From the NCBI GenBank assembly GCA_963823655.1, contig CAWGMK010000006.1, positions 160,001 to 224,000 on the forward strand: DNA of 64,000 nt, read 5' to 3'. The translations under genes and the position numbers were made by a program. The notes under the pieces were generated by a model that saw nothing but the letters and a program-made list of their open reading frames with translations, was not told where the DNA came from and did no database searches. This stretch comes from an uncultured Bacillota bacterium. GTDB lineage: Bacteria; Bacillota; DTU025; MWDF01. Below, one piece after another: positions 28,398 through 38,602 of this stretch (its first letter is position 1; each line of letters opens with the position of its first letter).

Positions 28398-30881
28398 ATG
28401 ACACATCCTGATCCAAAGAACTTCTTTATAGGCAGGGCCTATGACCTCAAACAGGGCAAGATTAAAGATGGAGAAGATAAAGAAGACATAATGTTAAACC
28501 CGTCCGATCTGACGACACATGCAGTCGTAACGGGGATGACAGGCTCCGGTAAAACCGGACTTTGTATAGGGCTTTTGGAGGAAGCGGCATTAAAGGGCCT
28601 TCCTGCGATTATCATAGATCCAAAAGGGGATCTGACAAATCTCATCCTTCATTTTCCAGAGCTTGCTCCCGCCGATTTCGAGCCATGGATCGATGAGGAC
28701 TCTGCAAGGCTGAAGGGCAAGTCCAAGCGGGAAGCAGCTCAGGAGGCTGCGACCAGCTGGGGTACTAGTATTGACCAATGGGAGCTTGACAGGGCAACGC
28801 TTACTATGCTTAAGAAATTCAGTTTTGCGATCTATTCTCCCGGATCGGCCGCAGGTATTCCTGTCAATATTCTCTCCTCTTTCGAAGCACCTGCCATACC
28901 GTGGGAGGGCAATGAGGAGTCCCTTAGGGAACGGATATCCAGCACGATCACCGCAGTGCTCGGCCTCGTAGGGATGAACGACATCGACCCTCTCAGGTCA
29001 AGAGAGCATATACTCCTCTGCAACATCCTTGAGAGCTCCTGGAGCGCAGGCAGGGGGCTGACTTTGACCGATCTGATTATGCAGGTCCAGAAGCCTCCGA
29101 TGGACAGGCTCGGCGCCTTCCCGATGGACAAGTTCTTCCCCGAGAAGGACCGCTTCGAGCTTGCCATGCTGCTGAACAACTTCCTGGCGTCGCCCTCGTT
29201 CCAGGTCTGGCAGCAGGGCCAGCCGCTAGACATAGAAAAGCTCCTTTATACTGTCGACGGCAAGCCAAGGCACAGCATATTCTATCTTTCACATTTGAGC
29301 GAGAACGAGAGGATGTTCTTTGTGACACTCCTCTTCTCGGCAATTAAATCCTGGATGCGCAAGCAAAGGGGCACCAGCGGGCTTCGCGCTCTTGTCTACT
29401 TCGACGAGATCCTCGGTTACCTGCCGCCTGTGGCGAACCCCCCTTCAAGGGGAGTAATGCTAAGGATGATCAAACAGGCAAGGGCGTTTGGCGTAGGGCT
29501 ATTGCTGGCCACGCAGAACCCAGTCGACCTGGACTACAAGGCGCTGTCCAACATCGGCACATGGTTCATCGGCAGGCTTCAGACCGAAAGGGACAAGATG
29601 CGGCTCATGGACGGATTGGAAACCCTGACGGGAGGAATGGATGCTTCCGCAATCAGCGATATAATCTCCAGCCTGGGCAAAAGGGTGTTCCTTATGAACA
29701 ATGTGAACAGGCCCGGCCCGAAGGTGTTCCACGCCAGGCAGGTTCTAAACTACTTGGCCGGGCCGCTGTCGAGGGACCTGCTGCCCGAATTGAACAGGCT
29801 TGCCGGCGCCTCACAGGCAATAATTTCCGGGCCCGCCAATAAAGCCAAGGAAGACGAGAAGGAGTCGGTCGGTTCAGCAGAGGGCTTTGCCAAAATGAGG
29901 CCTGCGGTACCGTCCAAAATCGACGAGTTCTTCCTGCCTGCCCAGCTTGCGATAACCAGGGCGATTTCCGCCTCAGGCGCTAATATCCCGGTGCCGGAAG
30001 TGTACTCGACATGCTATAAGCCCTCATTCATAGCCCAAGCGGAGATCAGGTATACAGCTTCGAAATTCGGCGTGAATAAAGCCCAGCTAATGACCGGGAT
30101 CTTGGAAGAGGGCGGCACAAACAGGCCGGATTGGGAGGAGAGCCTTGCCCAGGGCATGGACTCAAGGGGTTTCGACAGGGGGCCTGAGCCCGATGCTCTG
30201 TTTGCACCGCTTCCGGGCTGGCTTTCGGATCCCAAGTCCATCAAAGAGAACGCCGACGATTTTTCGGACTGGCTTTACAGAAACTCAAGAATATCGATAT
30301 TGGCCAACGAGAACCTGAAGCTGTACGCCGCCATCGATGAGGGGGAGGACAGCTTCCTTGAGAGGTGCCGTCAGCAGGCGAAGGAAATGATGGAAGGCGA
30401 GCTGGACAAGCTGGAGGACTCTTATAAGAAGAAGATGGACGCCCTTGAGGACAAAGTGCGCAAGCAGGAGGGCGAAGTCGAGCTAAGGGAACAGAAGGTA
30501 AGCCAGCACACAATGGATGCGATAGGCACCGCCGGCTCTACTATCATCGGCATGCTCATGGGCAGGAAGAGAAGCCTCGGCTCGTCCATAACCAAGACGA
30601 GGATGACCTCAGAGGCGAAAAGCATGCTCTCCCGCGAGAAGAAGGAACTTGAAGACATGAAAGACGAGCTTGAGGACTTGGAGAAGGAATTTGGCGACAA
30701 GCAAGAAGAGCTTGCCGCGGATTTCGAGAAGCTCGCCCGGGATATTACTAAAGTGCCATACTCGCCGAAGAAGTCGGACATATTCCTATCCTTCTACGGC
30801 GTGGCATGGCTTCCTTACTACATCTTCAAGGACGGCAACTATACCAGGCAGGTAAGGGCATTCTCCTTGAAGGAGCAATAG
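28398..30881 (+). CDS. HerA/FtsK-superfamily ATPase (DUF87/DUF853-like) with C-terminal coiled coil
   Basis: LTTHAVVTGMTGSGKT (Walker A), IIDPKGD, YFDEILG (Walker B), KQARAFGVGLLLATQNPVDLDYK, IGRLQT. Confidence 0.88.
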   Translation: MTHPDPKNFFIGRAYDLKQGKIKDGEDKEDIMLNPSDLTTHAVVTGMTGSGKTGLCIGLLEEAALKGLPAIIIDPKGDLTNLILHFPELAPADFEPWIDEDSARLKGKSKREAAQEAATSWGTSIDQWELDRATLTMLKKFSFAIYSPGSAAGIPVNILSSFEAPAIPWEGNEESLRERISSTITAVLGLVGMNDIDPLRSREHILLCNILESSWSAGRGLTLTDLIMQVQKPPMDRLGAFPMDKFFPEKDRFELAMLLNNFLASPSFQVWQQGQPLDIEKLLYTVDGKPRHSIFYLSHLSENERMFFVTLLFSAIKSWMRKQRGTSGLRALVYFDEILGYLPPVANPPSRGVMLRMIKQARAFGVGLLLATQNPVDLDYKALSNIGTWFIGRLQTERDKMRLMDGLETLTGGMDASAISDIISSLGKRVFLMNNVNRPGPKVFHARQVLNYLAGPLSRDLLPELNRLAGASQAIISGPANKAKEDEKESVGSAEGFAKMRPAVPSKIDEFFLPAQLAITRAISASGANIPVPEVYSTCYKPSFIAQAEIRYTASKFGVNKAQLMTGILEEGGTNRPDWEESLAQGMDSRGFDRGPEPDALFAPLPGWLSDPKSIKENADDFSDWLYRNSRISILANENLKLYAAIDEGEDSFLERCRQQAKEMMEGELDKLEDSYKKKMDALEDKVRKQEGEVELREQKVSQHTMDAIGTAGSTIIGMLMGRKRSLGSSITKTRMTSEAKSMLSREKKELEDMKDELEDLEKEFGDKQEELAADFEKLARDITKVPYSPKKSDIFLSFYGVAWLPYYIFKDGNYTRQVRAFSLKEQ

Positions 30882-30895
30882 CGCAGTCATTTAAA

Positions 30896-30938
30896 TGGGG
30901 CGGGCTCCCCGGGGCTCCGGGCAAGCCCACCCTTTTTC
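30896..30938 (+). terminator. Intrinsic terminator
   Basis: GGGCGGGCT...AGCCCACCC plus TTTTT. Confidence 0.65.
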
Positions 30939-30985
30939 ATCTATATGCCGAAATCCGGCAAAGATTATGATCGGGGCAGTGAAGA

Positions 30986-31669
30986 ATGGACAAAATTCTG
31001 CTAATCGAGGACGACAGACAGATAAGAGAACTGTTGCCTCGCTATTTCGTGCGCGAAGGTTTCAAGATGGAGACCGCGGCCAATGGGTACGAGGGCATGG
31101 ACCTAATCCTCAGAGAGGCTCCTGCGCTGGTGCTTCTGGATGTGAACCTTCCCGATATAGACGGTTGGTCGGTGCTGAGTAGATTGAGGCTGGGCGACAA
31201 CGAAGGCCCTTCTGTGATAATGCTTACAGGCAGGAGCGACGTTCCGGACAGGCTGATGGGCCTGAATCTAGGAGCGGATGATTACATCATCAAGCCCTTC
31301 GAGCCGCTTGAAGTAGTCGCCAGGGTCAAAGCGGTGCTCAGAAGGTCGGGCAGGGGGCCCGCCGAAGTCAAGGAGCTCTCCTACGAAGGGCTTTCGATCG
31401 GGCTTGAAGGCAGGACGGTTACAAGGGAAGGCAAGCAGGTGCGCCTTACTACAAAGGAATTCGATATACTAACAGCCCTTGCTTTAAGGCCCGGAAAAGT
31501 CATCGCGCGCGTTGATTTGCATGAGCTTGTATGGGGTGATGAGCTCATGGAGGGCGACCACGCCCTTGATGTCCACATCAACAAGATAAGGACCAAGCTG
31601 CAAGGCTTAGACAATAAGAGCTACATTACTACGCTTCGCGGCGTCGGCTACAAATTCGAGGTGTCCTGA
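30986..31669 (+). CDS. OmpR-family response regulator
   Basis: LLIEDD, LLDVNLP, GADDYIIKPF, LTTKEFDIL, TLRGVGYKF. Confidence 0.95.
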   Translation: MDKILLIEDDRQIRELLPRYFVREGFKMETAANGYEGMDLILREAPALVLLDVNLPDIDGWSVLSRLRLGDNEGPSVIMLTGRSDVPDRLMGLNLGADDYIIKPFEPLEVVARVKAVLRRSGRGPAEVKELSYEGLSIGLEGRTVTREGKQVRLTTKEFDILTALALRPGKVIARVDLHELVWGDELMEGDHALDVHINKIRTKLQGLDNKSYITTLRGVGYKFEVS

Positions 31670-31670
31670 G

Positions 31671-33119
31671 ATGAACAAGGACAAGGGCCGCAAGCCCACC
31701 CTGTTGGCCCGCTTCATAACGCAAAACAGCATGGCGGCGGCAGTCGCCCTGCTCATTATGCTGGCCCTTGCGCTGTTGCTGGCCGATAGGGCGGCACTTG
31801 CAGTTGCAGCAAGGTCTCTGTCTTCCGATCTAAACCAGGTCGAAAGCGTGGAGCAGTTCGCGGAGAGGTTCAAGGGGAGAGGAAGCCGCATACTCCTGGA
31901 CTCTTCCGGCAAGCCTGTTACCGACGTGCAAGGGGCGGGCAACGGGGGCGGTAAAGGGCCGGGCGCGCAGGAACACTGGGTTTTGATAGACCCTCTTCTG
32001 ATATGGGAAAAGGCCTCCGAGGCATACGAAGCAGGGACTATGTCAGGCTATGGTGGATTGCCATGGGTTGATGGAAATGTGCTCTGGGCCTCCAGGGTGC
32101 TGCTGCAGGACGACCAAACGGCCCGTATAATGGTCATATGGGAAAAAGTCGGCTCTGTGAGGGCGGAAGGCTGGCCGATCTATGCCATAGGTATCTTCGG
32201 CATAATAATATCCTTCGTCCTCAACCTTTTCTTCTCCCACAGAGCCGCGAGGAAGATATCCGCCGGATTGCGGGAAGTAGCAGACGCAGGACGGATGATG
32301 GCCGCCGGCGATTACAATGTCAGCCTGCCGGAACAGGAGATTTCGGAGCTTGATCAGATAGGCAAGGCTTTTAACGAGCTTGCGGCAAACCTGAAAATGG
32401 CGACTGAAGAATTGAAAGATGAGGCAAAGCGGCTTGTAAGGCTGGAAGACACCCAGAAAAGGTTCATAGCCGATGCATCGCATGAGATAAGGGCGCCGCT
32501 GGCAACGATGGCAATAACGCTGGATGCATGGAAGGACGGGCTGCTCTCAGAGGAGGAGAAGGCCGACGCCCTAGGACATGTCAGATCGGAGCTTACCAGG
32601 CTGAGCAAACTTGCGGAACAGCTGCTCGATCTATCCAGGATAGAGTCCGGCAGGCTTCAGATAGAACTGGCGCCCGTGGATGTCGAAGCCGTCATATGCA
32701 GTGTGTTGGAATCATACAGGAACATTGAAGGCGCAAAGGTTTCATTCACGGTGCAACCGGGGCTTAATCCTGCCCTTGCCGACGAGCAGAGCCTTCACAG
32801 GATGATCAGGAACCTGGTAGACAACTCCCTCAGGTTCACACCTTCTGACGGGAATATTGAGGTACTGGCCTTTGAATCGGAAGGTCAAGTAATTATTGAA
32901 GTGAAGGATGACGGCCCCGGGATACCTGCGGGTGAGCTTGAACACATGTGGGACAGGTTCGCAAGGGCGGGCCGTGACAGGGCGGCAGGAAAGGCCGGCA
33001 CGGGCTTGGGCCTTGCGATTGTGAAGGCATTGGCAGATGCTATGTCGGCTGAAGTAGGCATTTCAAGCGTTGAGGGCGAGGGGACTACAGTAAGCATAGG
33101 ATTAAAAGGCTTCCGCTGA
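31671..33119 (+). CDS. Sensor histidine kinase (2 TM, HAMP, HisKA, HATPase)
   Basis: DASHEIRAPL, NLVDNSLRF, DDGPGI, GTGLGLAIV. Confidence 0.95.
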   Translation: MNKDKGRKPTLLARFITQNSMAAAVALLIMLALALLLADRAALAVAARSLSSDLNQVESVEQFAERFKGRGSRILLDSSGKPVTDVQGAGNGGGKGPGAQEHWVLIDPLLIWEKASEAYEAGTMSGYGGLPWVDGNVLWASRVLLQDDQTARIMVIWEKVGSVRAEGWPIYAIGIFGIIISFVLNLFFSHRAARKISAGLREVADAGRMMAAGDYNVSLPEQEISELDQIGKAFNELAANLKMATEELKDEAKRLVRLEDTQKRFIADASHEIRAPLATMAITLDAWKDGLLSEEEKADALGHVRSELTRLSKLAEQLLDLSRIESGRLQIELAPVDVEAVICSVLESYRNIEGAKVSFTVQPGLNPALADEQSLHRMIRNLVDNSLRFTPSDGNIEVLAFESEGQVIIEVKDDGPGIPAGELEHMWDRFARAGRDRAAGKAGTGLGLAIVKALADAMSAEVGISSVEGEGTTVSIGLKGFR

Positions 33120-33220
33120 TTATTGGGCGGCCGGTGAGGCAGCCTTGAGCTCCTCTTGAGGTTCGTATGTTAGCTTTGAGTTGCATGGTAACATGCGAAT
33201 TTAAATCAGGAGGAAAGAAT

Positions 33221-34030
33221 ATGAAGAGGAATTTGGGAAAAGCAACACTGGCGCTTGCGATGGCATTAGTCGCGATTGCGGGCATGACAATAGCAGTAGG
33301 CGCACAGATGAACGGCAAGGTCCGCGGCAACAACCAGATGCAGGGAACCGGCGTTGCCACAACAGCGGTAACAGCGATGGCGGATGCCGAGAAGGCAAGC
33401 CTGATCTACATGAGGGAAGAAGAGAAGCTGGCACACGACGTGTACCTGGCACTATCCGAGAAATGGGGAACTTCGGTGTTCGCCCAGATTGCAGGAAGCG
33501 AACAGAGGCATACTGACAGCATAGCGGCATTGCTTGAGAAGTACGGCATCGCAGACCCGGCGGTTGGCGCAAAGGCCGGCGTATTCACAAACAAACAGCT
33601 GCAGGGGCTGTATGACTCTCTAGTAGCCGAAGGCAGCAAGTCCCTGGTCGCAGCCCTAGCCGTGGGCGCAACTATCGAGGATCTGGATATAGCAGACCTG
33701 GACGCGGCGCTGAAGACAGCAAAGAACGCAGATCTGATAAGGGTATATGAGAACCTGAGGGCCGGATCGGTCAACCACATGAAGGCATTCTATTCGCAGT
33801 TGAAGACGGCCGGCGGAGACTATACCCCGAAACATATCAGCGCAGAGCTTTTCAATCAGATAATTTCTGAACCTGCCGGCCAGGCTCGCATGAATAACGG
33901 CGGCGGCGGAATGGGTAAAGGCAAAGGCGGCAACAGAGCCGGTGCCAATGGGGCCGACTGCGAATGCGACGAAACGACAGTTAAGGGAAGCGGGACGCCT
34001 CAGGGTGGCATGTTCCGCAATGGTAAGTAG
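33221..34030 (+). CDS. Secreted DUF2202 ferritin-like protein
   Basis: Signal peptide; LIYMREEEKLAHDVY, SEQRH, IEDLDIADL, GSVNHMKAF; Gly/Met-rich tails. Confidence 0.88.
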   Translation: MKRNLGKATLALAMALVAIAGMTIAVGAQMNGKVRGNNQMQGTGVATTAVTAMADAEKASLIYMREEEKLAHDVYLALSEKWGTSVFAQIAGSEQRHTDSIAALLEKYGIADPAVGAKAGVFTNKQLQGLYDSLVAEGSKSLVAALAVGATIEDLDIADLDAALKTAKNADLIRVYENLRAGSVNHMKAFYSQLKTAGGDYTPKHISAELFNQIISEPAGQARMNNGGGGMGKGKGGNRAGANGADCECDETTVKGSGTPQGGMFRNGK

Positions 34031-34085
34031 CGCAATACAGCTCCCGGTAAAACAAAAAGCTAAACGCAACTGATAGTGGATATAA

Positions 34086-34112
34086 GAGCCGGCCGCAAGG
34101 CCGGCTTATCTT
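34086..34112. terminator. Hairpin between convergent genes
   Basis: AGCCGGCC-GCAA-GGCCGGCT. Confidence 0.7.
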
Positions 34113-35156
34113 ATGATTCCTCCGCAGGCGATTATATTCGCCTGATAGCAAACAAGGCTCTGCCCCGCGGCAGGGGCCCAGGTTGGGCTGCCAAACTGGG
34201 CTGTAAGCATATCGCCGTCAAGGGAAACTCGTGCAGGGACCGGCGCCATAGACGAGCGCGTCCTGACAAGCAAGCTCCATTCCGGCTTGCAGCTTTTCGC
34301 GCCTGGCTGCGCCGAGCACCACGTCGCTTGCCGTTACTCTGTCGACCAGGCACTGCTGCTTGGCTCCAAGGTAGATGGAATTGGTCTTATGATCGATCCT
34401 TACAATGTAGGCCCTCTCGCCAGTCGCCACGCCGTGGCCTTTCCTTTGCCCTATGGTAAAACCCAGGGATCCGGGGTGCTGCCCCAGAAGCTTGCCGCTC
34501 GACGCATCATATGCCATGCCTGGAACAAGCAGCCCCGGCCTTTTGCAATCTAGCCATGCGCGCATGTCGCCTTCGATGAAGCAGACATCCTGCGAGGATT
34601 TCACGCTCGAGTAACCCAGCCCCAGCCTGCAGGCTTCGGCTATTACATCGTCTTTGGACATGCTCCCAGAGGGAATACCAGCATGCGCCGTAATTGCTTC
34701 ATTGAGCCTGTAAAGGAAGTAGGATTGGTCATTCTTTAAGGAAGCCGCCCTTGCGATATAGCGGGCATCGCCGTCTTCCTCGATTCTTGCGTAGTGCCCT
34801 GTAGCAATATGGGCAATTCCAAGCTTTGTGGCCTCATCCGAAAGCGTCGCGAACTTGAACAAGGGGTTGCAAATCACGCAAGGATTTGGCGTAATGCCTG
34901 CAGCATATGCGTTTATGAAAGGATTTATCACGGTTTCGTCGAATTTTGCCGACAAATCCTTTATAATCAACTTTATATTGAGCCTGTCTGCCGCCGATTT
35001 CGCCCTTTCAATGGCGGCAGGGGGCATAGTGCCGGTCACAAGCATCATTCCGGTGACTTCGAAGCCGCGGTCTTTCAGCACTTGTACTGCAACGGAGCTG
35101 TCGACTCCGCCGGACATCCCAAGCAATACTCTATTTGCGTTATGATCAATGGGCAT
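34106..35156 (-). CDS. mnmA: tRNA-specific 2-thiouridylase (frameshift at ~34270)
   Basis: GMSGGVDSS, TPNPCVICN, ATGHYAR, DQSYFL, SQDVCF, TIGQRKG; alternative frame supplies the C-terminus ..APAAGQSLVCY...CGGIIR*. Confidence 0.9.
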
Positions 35157-35211
35157 AGGCTTACCTCCTTTAGAGATTATACTATTTATCCGGCATCTGG
35201 AGGGCAACGGC

Positions 35212-36440
35212 ATGGATTACCAGCTAAAACTGCCAATGAAGATCTTTTGGGCAATGATGTCCCCATTTACCAAGGCATGGATGCAAATATCGATGCACCC
35301 TGTCATCGAAAACAGGCTTCCGGTGGATCTGAAGCCCCCGTACCTTTTAATTTCCAATCATGTGACAGTCTACGATGGCCTTATAGTGGTGCTTTACTCG
35401 AAGCACCTTCCGGTGTCCGTTTTCGACGATATCCAGAGGACGGACATTTTCAAACGCTTGATTTTCCAAAACGCGGGAGTGATTTTCAAACCTGTCGGGG
35501 TGGCCGATCCGCTTGTTGTAAGGAAGATGATCAAAGCCAGGGATGAAGGCAGGTCCATCTTGCTATATCCGGAAGGGGCGATTACGTGGGACGGTGATTT
35601 ATTACCCCTTGAGATGAACTTCGCCAGGTTGGTAAGGCTTCTGGGAATTCCCGTCGTACTGGCAAAGTTTAAGGGCGGATATGTCAAGCAGCCCAACTGG
35701 TCAAACATCAACAGGAGCGGAGGGTGCAAAGTAGAGTTTAGCCTGTTGGCAACCCGTGAGCAGATAAAAGGGATGAACGACGAACAACTGCTCTCCTACC
35801 TGAGGCAGGGGCATGCCCATAGCGAAATTGACTGGCTCGGAAGCCCTGAGGGAAGCAGGTTCAAGTATTCGACGAAAAGCCCATCAAAAGGGCTGGAACA
35901 TCTGCTCTATCTGCTGCCCTTCATGCCACGCATGCAACAGCATGACGACTTTCGACCCGGATGCGATTTCGTGCAGCTGCTGCGGCTACACGGCGGGGGT
36001 AGATGCCAGGCTAAGGCTGTCGGCAACTGAAGGCAAACTCGTTTTCGATGACATTAGAAGCTGGTACAAATGGCAGAAGCAGTTCTGGTTTGATGAGATA
36101 GTCAAAAGGGCCGCCCAAGGCGGAGATATCCTTAAGGCCGAGTGCCCGAAAGTCAGTGAAGCAAAGATCAACGGCAGCAAGATGGTCAAGATCGGGCACG
36201 GGCCGGCGTATCTTAGGAACGATGGCGTCCATTTCAGCATGGATGATGGCAAAGAGGGCATGATTACCCCTTGAAGGGATACTTGCCTGCCACAGCACGA
36301 AATTCTCGGCCAATAGGGATTACCAGCTCACAATAAGGACAAAGGAAAGCTTCATACTGCTCCAGCTAACGGAGCCCAACCTGCCGGTCCTTGCATGGGA
36401 GCAGGCCATAAAGGCGCTGCAGGCCCAAAAGAGGCAGTAG
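35212..36440 (+). CDS. PlsC-like lysophospholipid acyltransferase with C-terminal Zn-ribbon extension (frameshifted)
   Basis: NHVTVYD (HX4D), YPEG; a second frame carries CPSC...CSCC and WYKWQ; a third ends AWEQAIKALQAQKRQ*. Confidence 0.75.
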
Positions 36441-36544
36441 CGAAACGCCGGGATTGGGCAGGAGCAGGCAGCTTGAAGGGCCCTGGCCCAAAAAGGGCGA
36501 ACCTCACTTCAGTACATCAGCTTTTGCAGCGGCTTTGAAAAACA

Positions 36545-36582
36545 ATGGCTTGGCCCTATTGATTTAGGAGCCAAGCCATTTG
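36545..36582. terminator. Hairpin between convergent genes
   Basis: ATGGCTTGGC...GCCAAGCCAT stem. Confidence 0.7.
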
Positions 36583-36631
36583 CTTTATCGAAGTTGTGAT
36601 ACACATATTCCTTATGAGGTTAGCGCAACTG

Positions 36632-38038
36632 TTAACCTATCATCACGTGCTCTTCCGGGAATGTCACCTTCACCTTGCTCATGCTCTTCTTGTAGTTCAG
36701 GGCTACGGCAAAAGTAAGAGGGCCCAGCCTGCCCATGAGCATGATCACAATGATGATGAACCTGCTGATCGGCCCCAGGTTCGGAGTGATCCCTCTAGAA
36801 AGGCCGACTGTCGCGAAAGCCGAAATTACCTCGAACATAATATCGAGGAAAGACGCGCTCTCCACAAGGGAGACGATCAAAGTGCCGATAAGCACAACGA
36901 ATGCCGCAAGCAACACGACTGCGGTGGCCCTTAGCACCTGGTCCCTGGGTATCCTGCGCTCGTGGTATTCCACTACATCGTCGCCTTTAATCGTAGAAAC
37001 CAGGCTCATCATCAGCACTCCTGCGGTAACCGTTTTAATACCGCCTCCGGTAGAGCTAGGTGAGGCGCCGATGAACATCAGCATCATGATAATCAAAGCG
37101 GTGGATTCCCTGAGCCCGCCCGTTGGAATCGTATTATAACCTGCTGTCCTTGGCGTGATGGAAGTAAAGAACGAGTTGATGATCTTATGCACGAAGGGCA
37201 GGTCCCTTAGAGTTTCAGGGTTCGTATACTCGAGTATCAGGATAGCGATGGTTCCGAAAATGAGCAGAGCCGCCGTAATCTTAATGACGAGCCTGGTATG
37301 TAGGGATACATGGGTATTCCTGTTGGAGCCATAAGAGATTACCTCGGCAAGCACAGGAAAACCTAGGCCTCCGACAATTATGAGAAGCCCTATGACAATC
37401 GGGATGTATCCGTCCGTCGTATATGCGGCAAGGCTCGAGAACTGGCCGTTCAGCCTGCCGAATATGTCGAAACCGGCGTTGCAGAATGCCGAAATTGAAT
37501 GGAAGACCCCCGCGAAAACGGCTTCGCCCATGGGCATGAAATTCTTGAGCCTTAAGAAAAGGAATAGCGCACCCAGGCCTTCTATAAAGAAAGTAAGCCC
37601 CATGACCATCTTAGTTAGCCTGACAAGGCCGCTCAGGCTGAACTTATTGAATGATTTCCTGCAGTAACAGCCTGCTTCTCAGACCTATTCGCCTTCCGAG
37701 AATCAAGAATATCATGGTTGCCATGGCCATGAAACCAAGGCCGCCGACTTGTATCAGTATCAATATCACTACCTGACCGAAACGGGTGAAATTCGTGGCA
37801 GTGTCCACAACGACGAGACCTGTCACACAAGTTGCAGAAGTTGCTGTAAAGAGGGCATCCAGGTATTTCATATATGCCCGCCGACATTTGAGATGGGCAG
37901 GGACAAGATGAGGCCACCTAGCAGGACTATGACTATAAACCCAAGTACAAGCACCTGGGAGGGGGACATATTTGTAAAGAAGGAGCTGAGCTTCTTGATT
38001 TTGCTCTTGCCATTATCCTTGGCGATATTACTGACCAT
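36632..38038 (-). CDS. ktrB: Trk/Ktr K+ uptake membrane subunit (frameshifts at ~37640 and ~37870)
   Basis: Four pore loops TSATCVTGL, SAFCNAGF, TPRTAGY, SAFATVGLS; GASPSSTGGGIKT; GRLGPLT. Confidence 0.9.
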
Positions 38039-38277
38039 ATAAATTGCCCCTGAAGCTTCGGCATAATGCATCCGCGCAACTACATCAAGCGTTAATGCCC
38101 GGCGCTGACCGCCTAACTGCCAAAAATGCTTCCTATCACCGGAGCTTCCGATTTCCGCTCGAAACCACCTCTCCGGATTCCTTCATTATTCAACACTACA
38201 TAAGAGGATAAGTCAAGGCATATTGCATTTAATGAAGAATATCGGGGCCATTGTATGATTCCTGTCGCACTTACTTA

Positions 38278-38307
38278 TTGCCTCTGGCGTGCACTTCATT
38301 GTATAAT
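38278..38307 (+). promoter_or_regulatory. SigA-type promoter of the tRNA pair
   Basis: TTGCCT-18 bp-TATAAT. Confidence 0.55.
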
Positions 38308-38335
38308 TCCTTTTGCGGCTTTTGCCGTTGAACGT

Positions 38336-38413
38336 GGTGGGTGTAGCTCAGGTGGCTAGAGCATCAGATTGTGGCTCTGAGGGCCGTGGGTTCAAGTCCC
38401 ATCATCCACCCCA
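38336..38413 (+). tRNA. tRNA-His (GUG)
   Basis: G-1 GTGGGTG acceptor, anticodon arm TCAGA-TTGTGGC-TCTGA, GGTTCAAGTCC, C discriminator plus CCA. Confidence 0.97.
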
Positions 38414-38440
38414 TTTTCAACAAAGCCGCGATGGGAAATT

Positions 38441-38515
38441 GCGGAAATAGCTCAGTGGTAGAGCATCACCTTGCCAAGGTGGGGGTCGCGGGTTCGAATC
38501 CCGTTTTCCGCTCCA
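38441..38515 (+). tRNA. tRNA-Gly (GCC)
   Basis: GCGGAAA acceptor, CACC-TTGCCAA-GGTG, GGTTCGAATCC, TCCA end. Confidence 0.97.
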
Positions 38516-38532
38516 TTAAAGTCATCTAGCAT

Positions 38533-38562
38533 CGGCGGCGGACTAGTATCGCCGCCGTTTAT
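38533..38562 (+). terminator. Terminator after the tRNAs
   Basis: CGGCGGCG/CGCCGCCG stem plus TTT. Confidence 0.7.
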
Positions 38563-38602
38563 AGTTTATCAGGGCCAGAAGGCCGGATTAAGAGGTGTAA
38601 AA

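Noticed and set aside
38075-38190. c-di-AMP (ydaO) or glycine riboswitch upstream of ktrB
   Set aside because: The ydaO motifs (GCTGAATCC, CCCGTCAGCTAAC) and the glycine aptamer TCAGG element were not found in their expected arrangement; kept only as an unclassified structured leader
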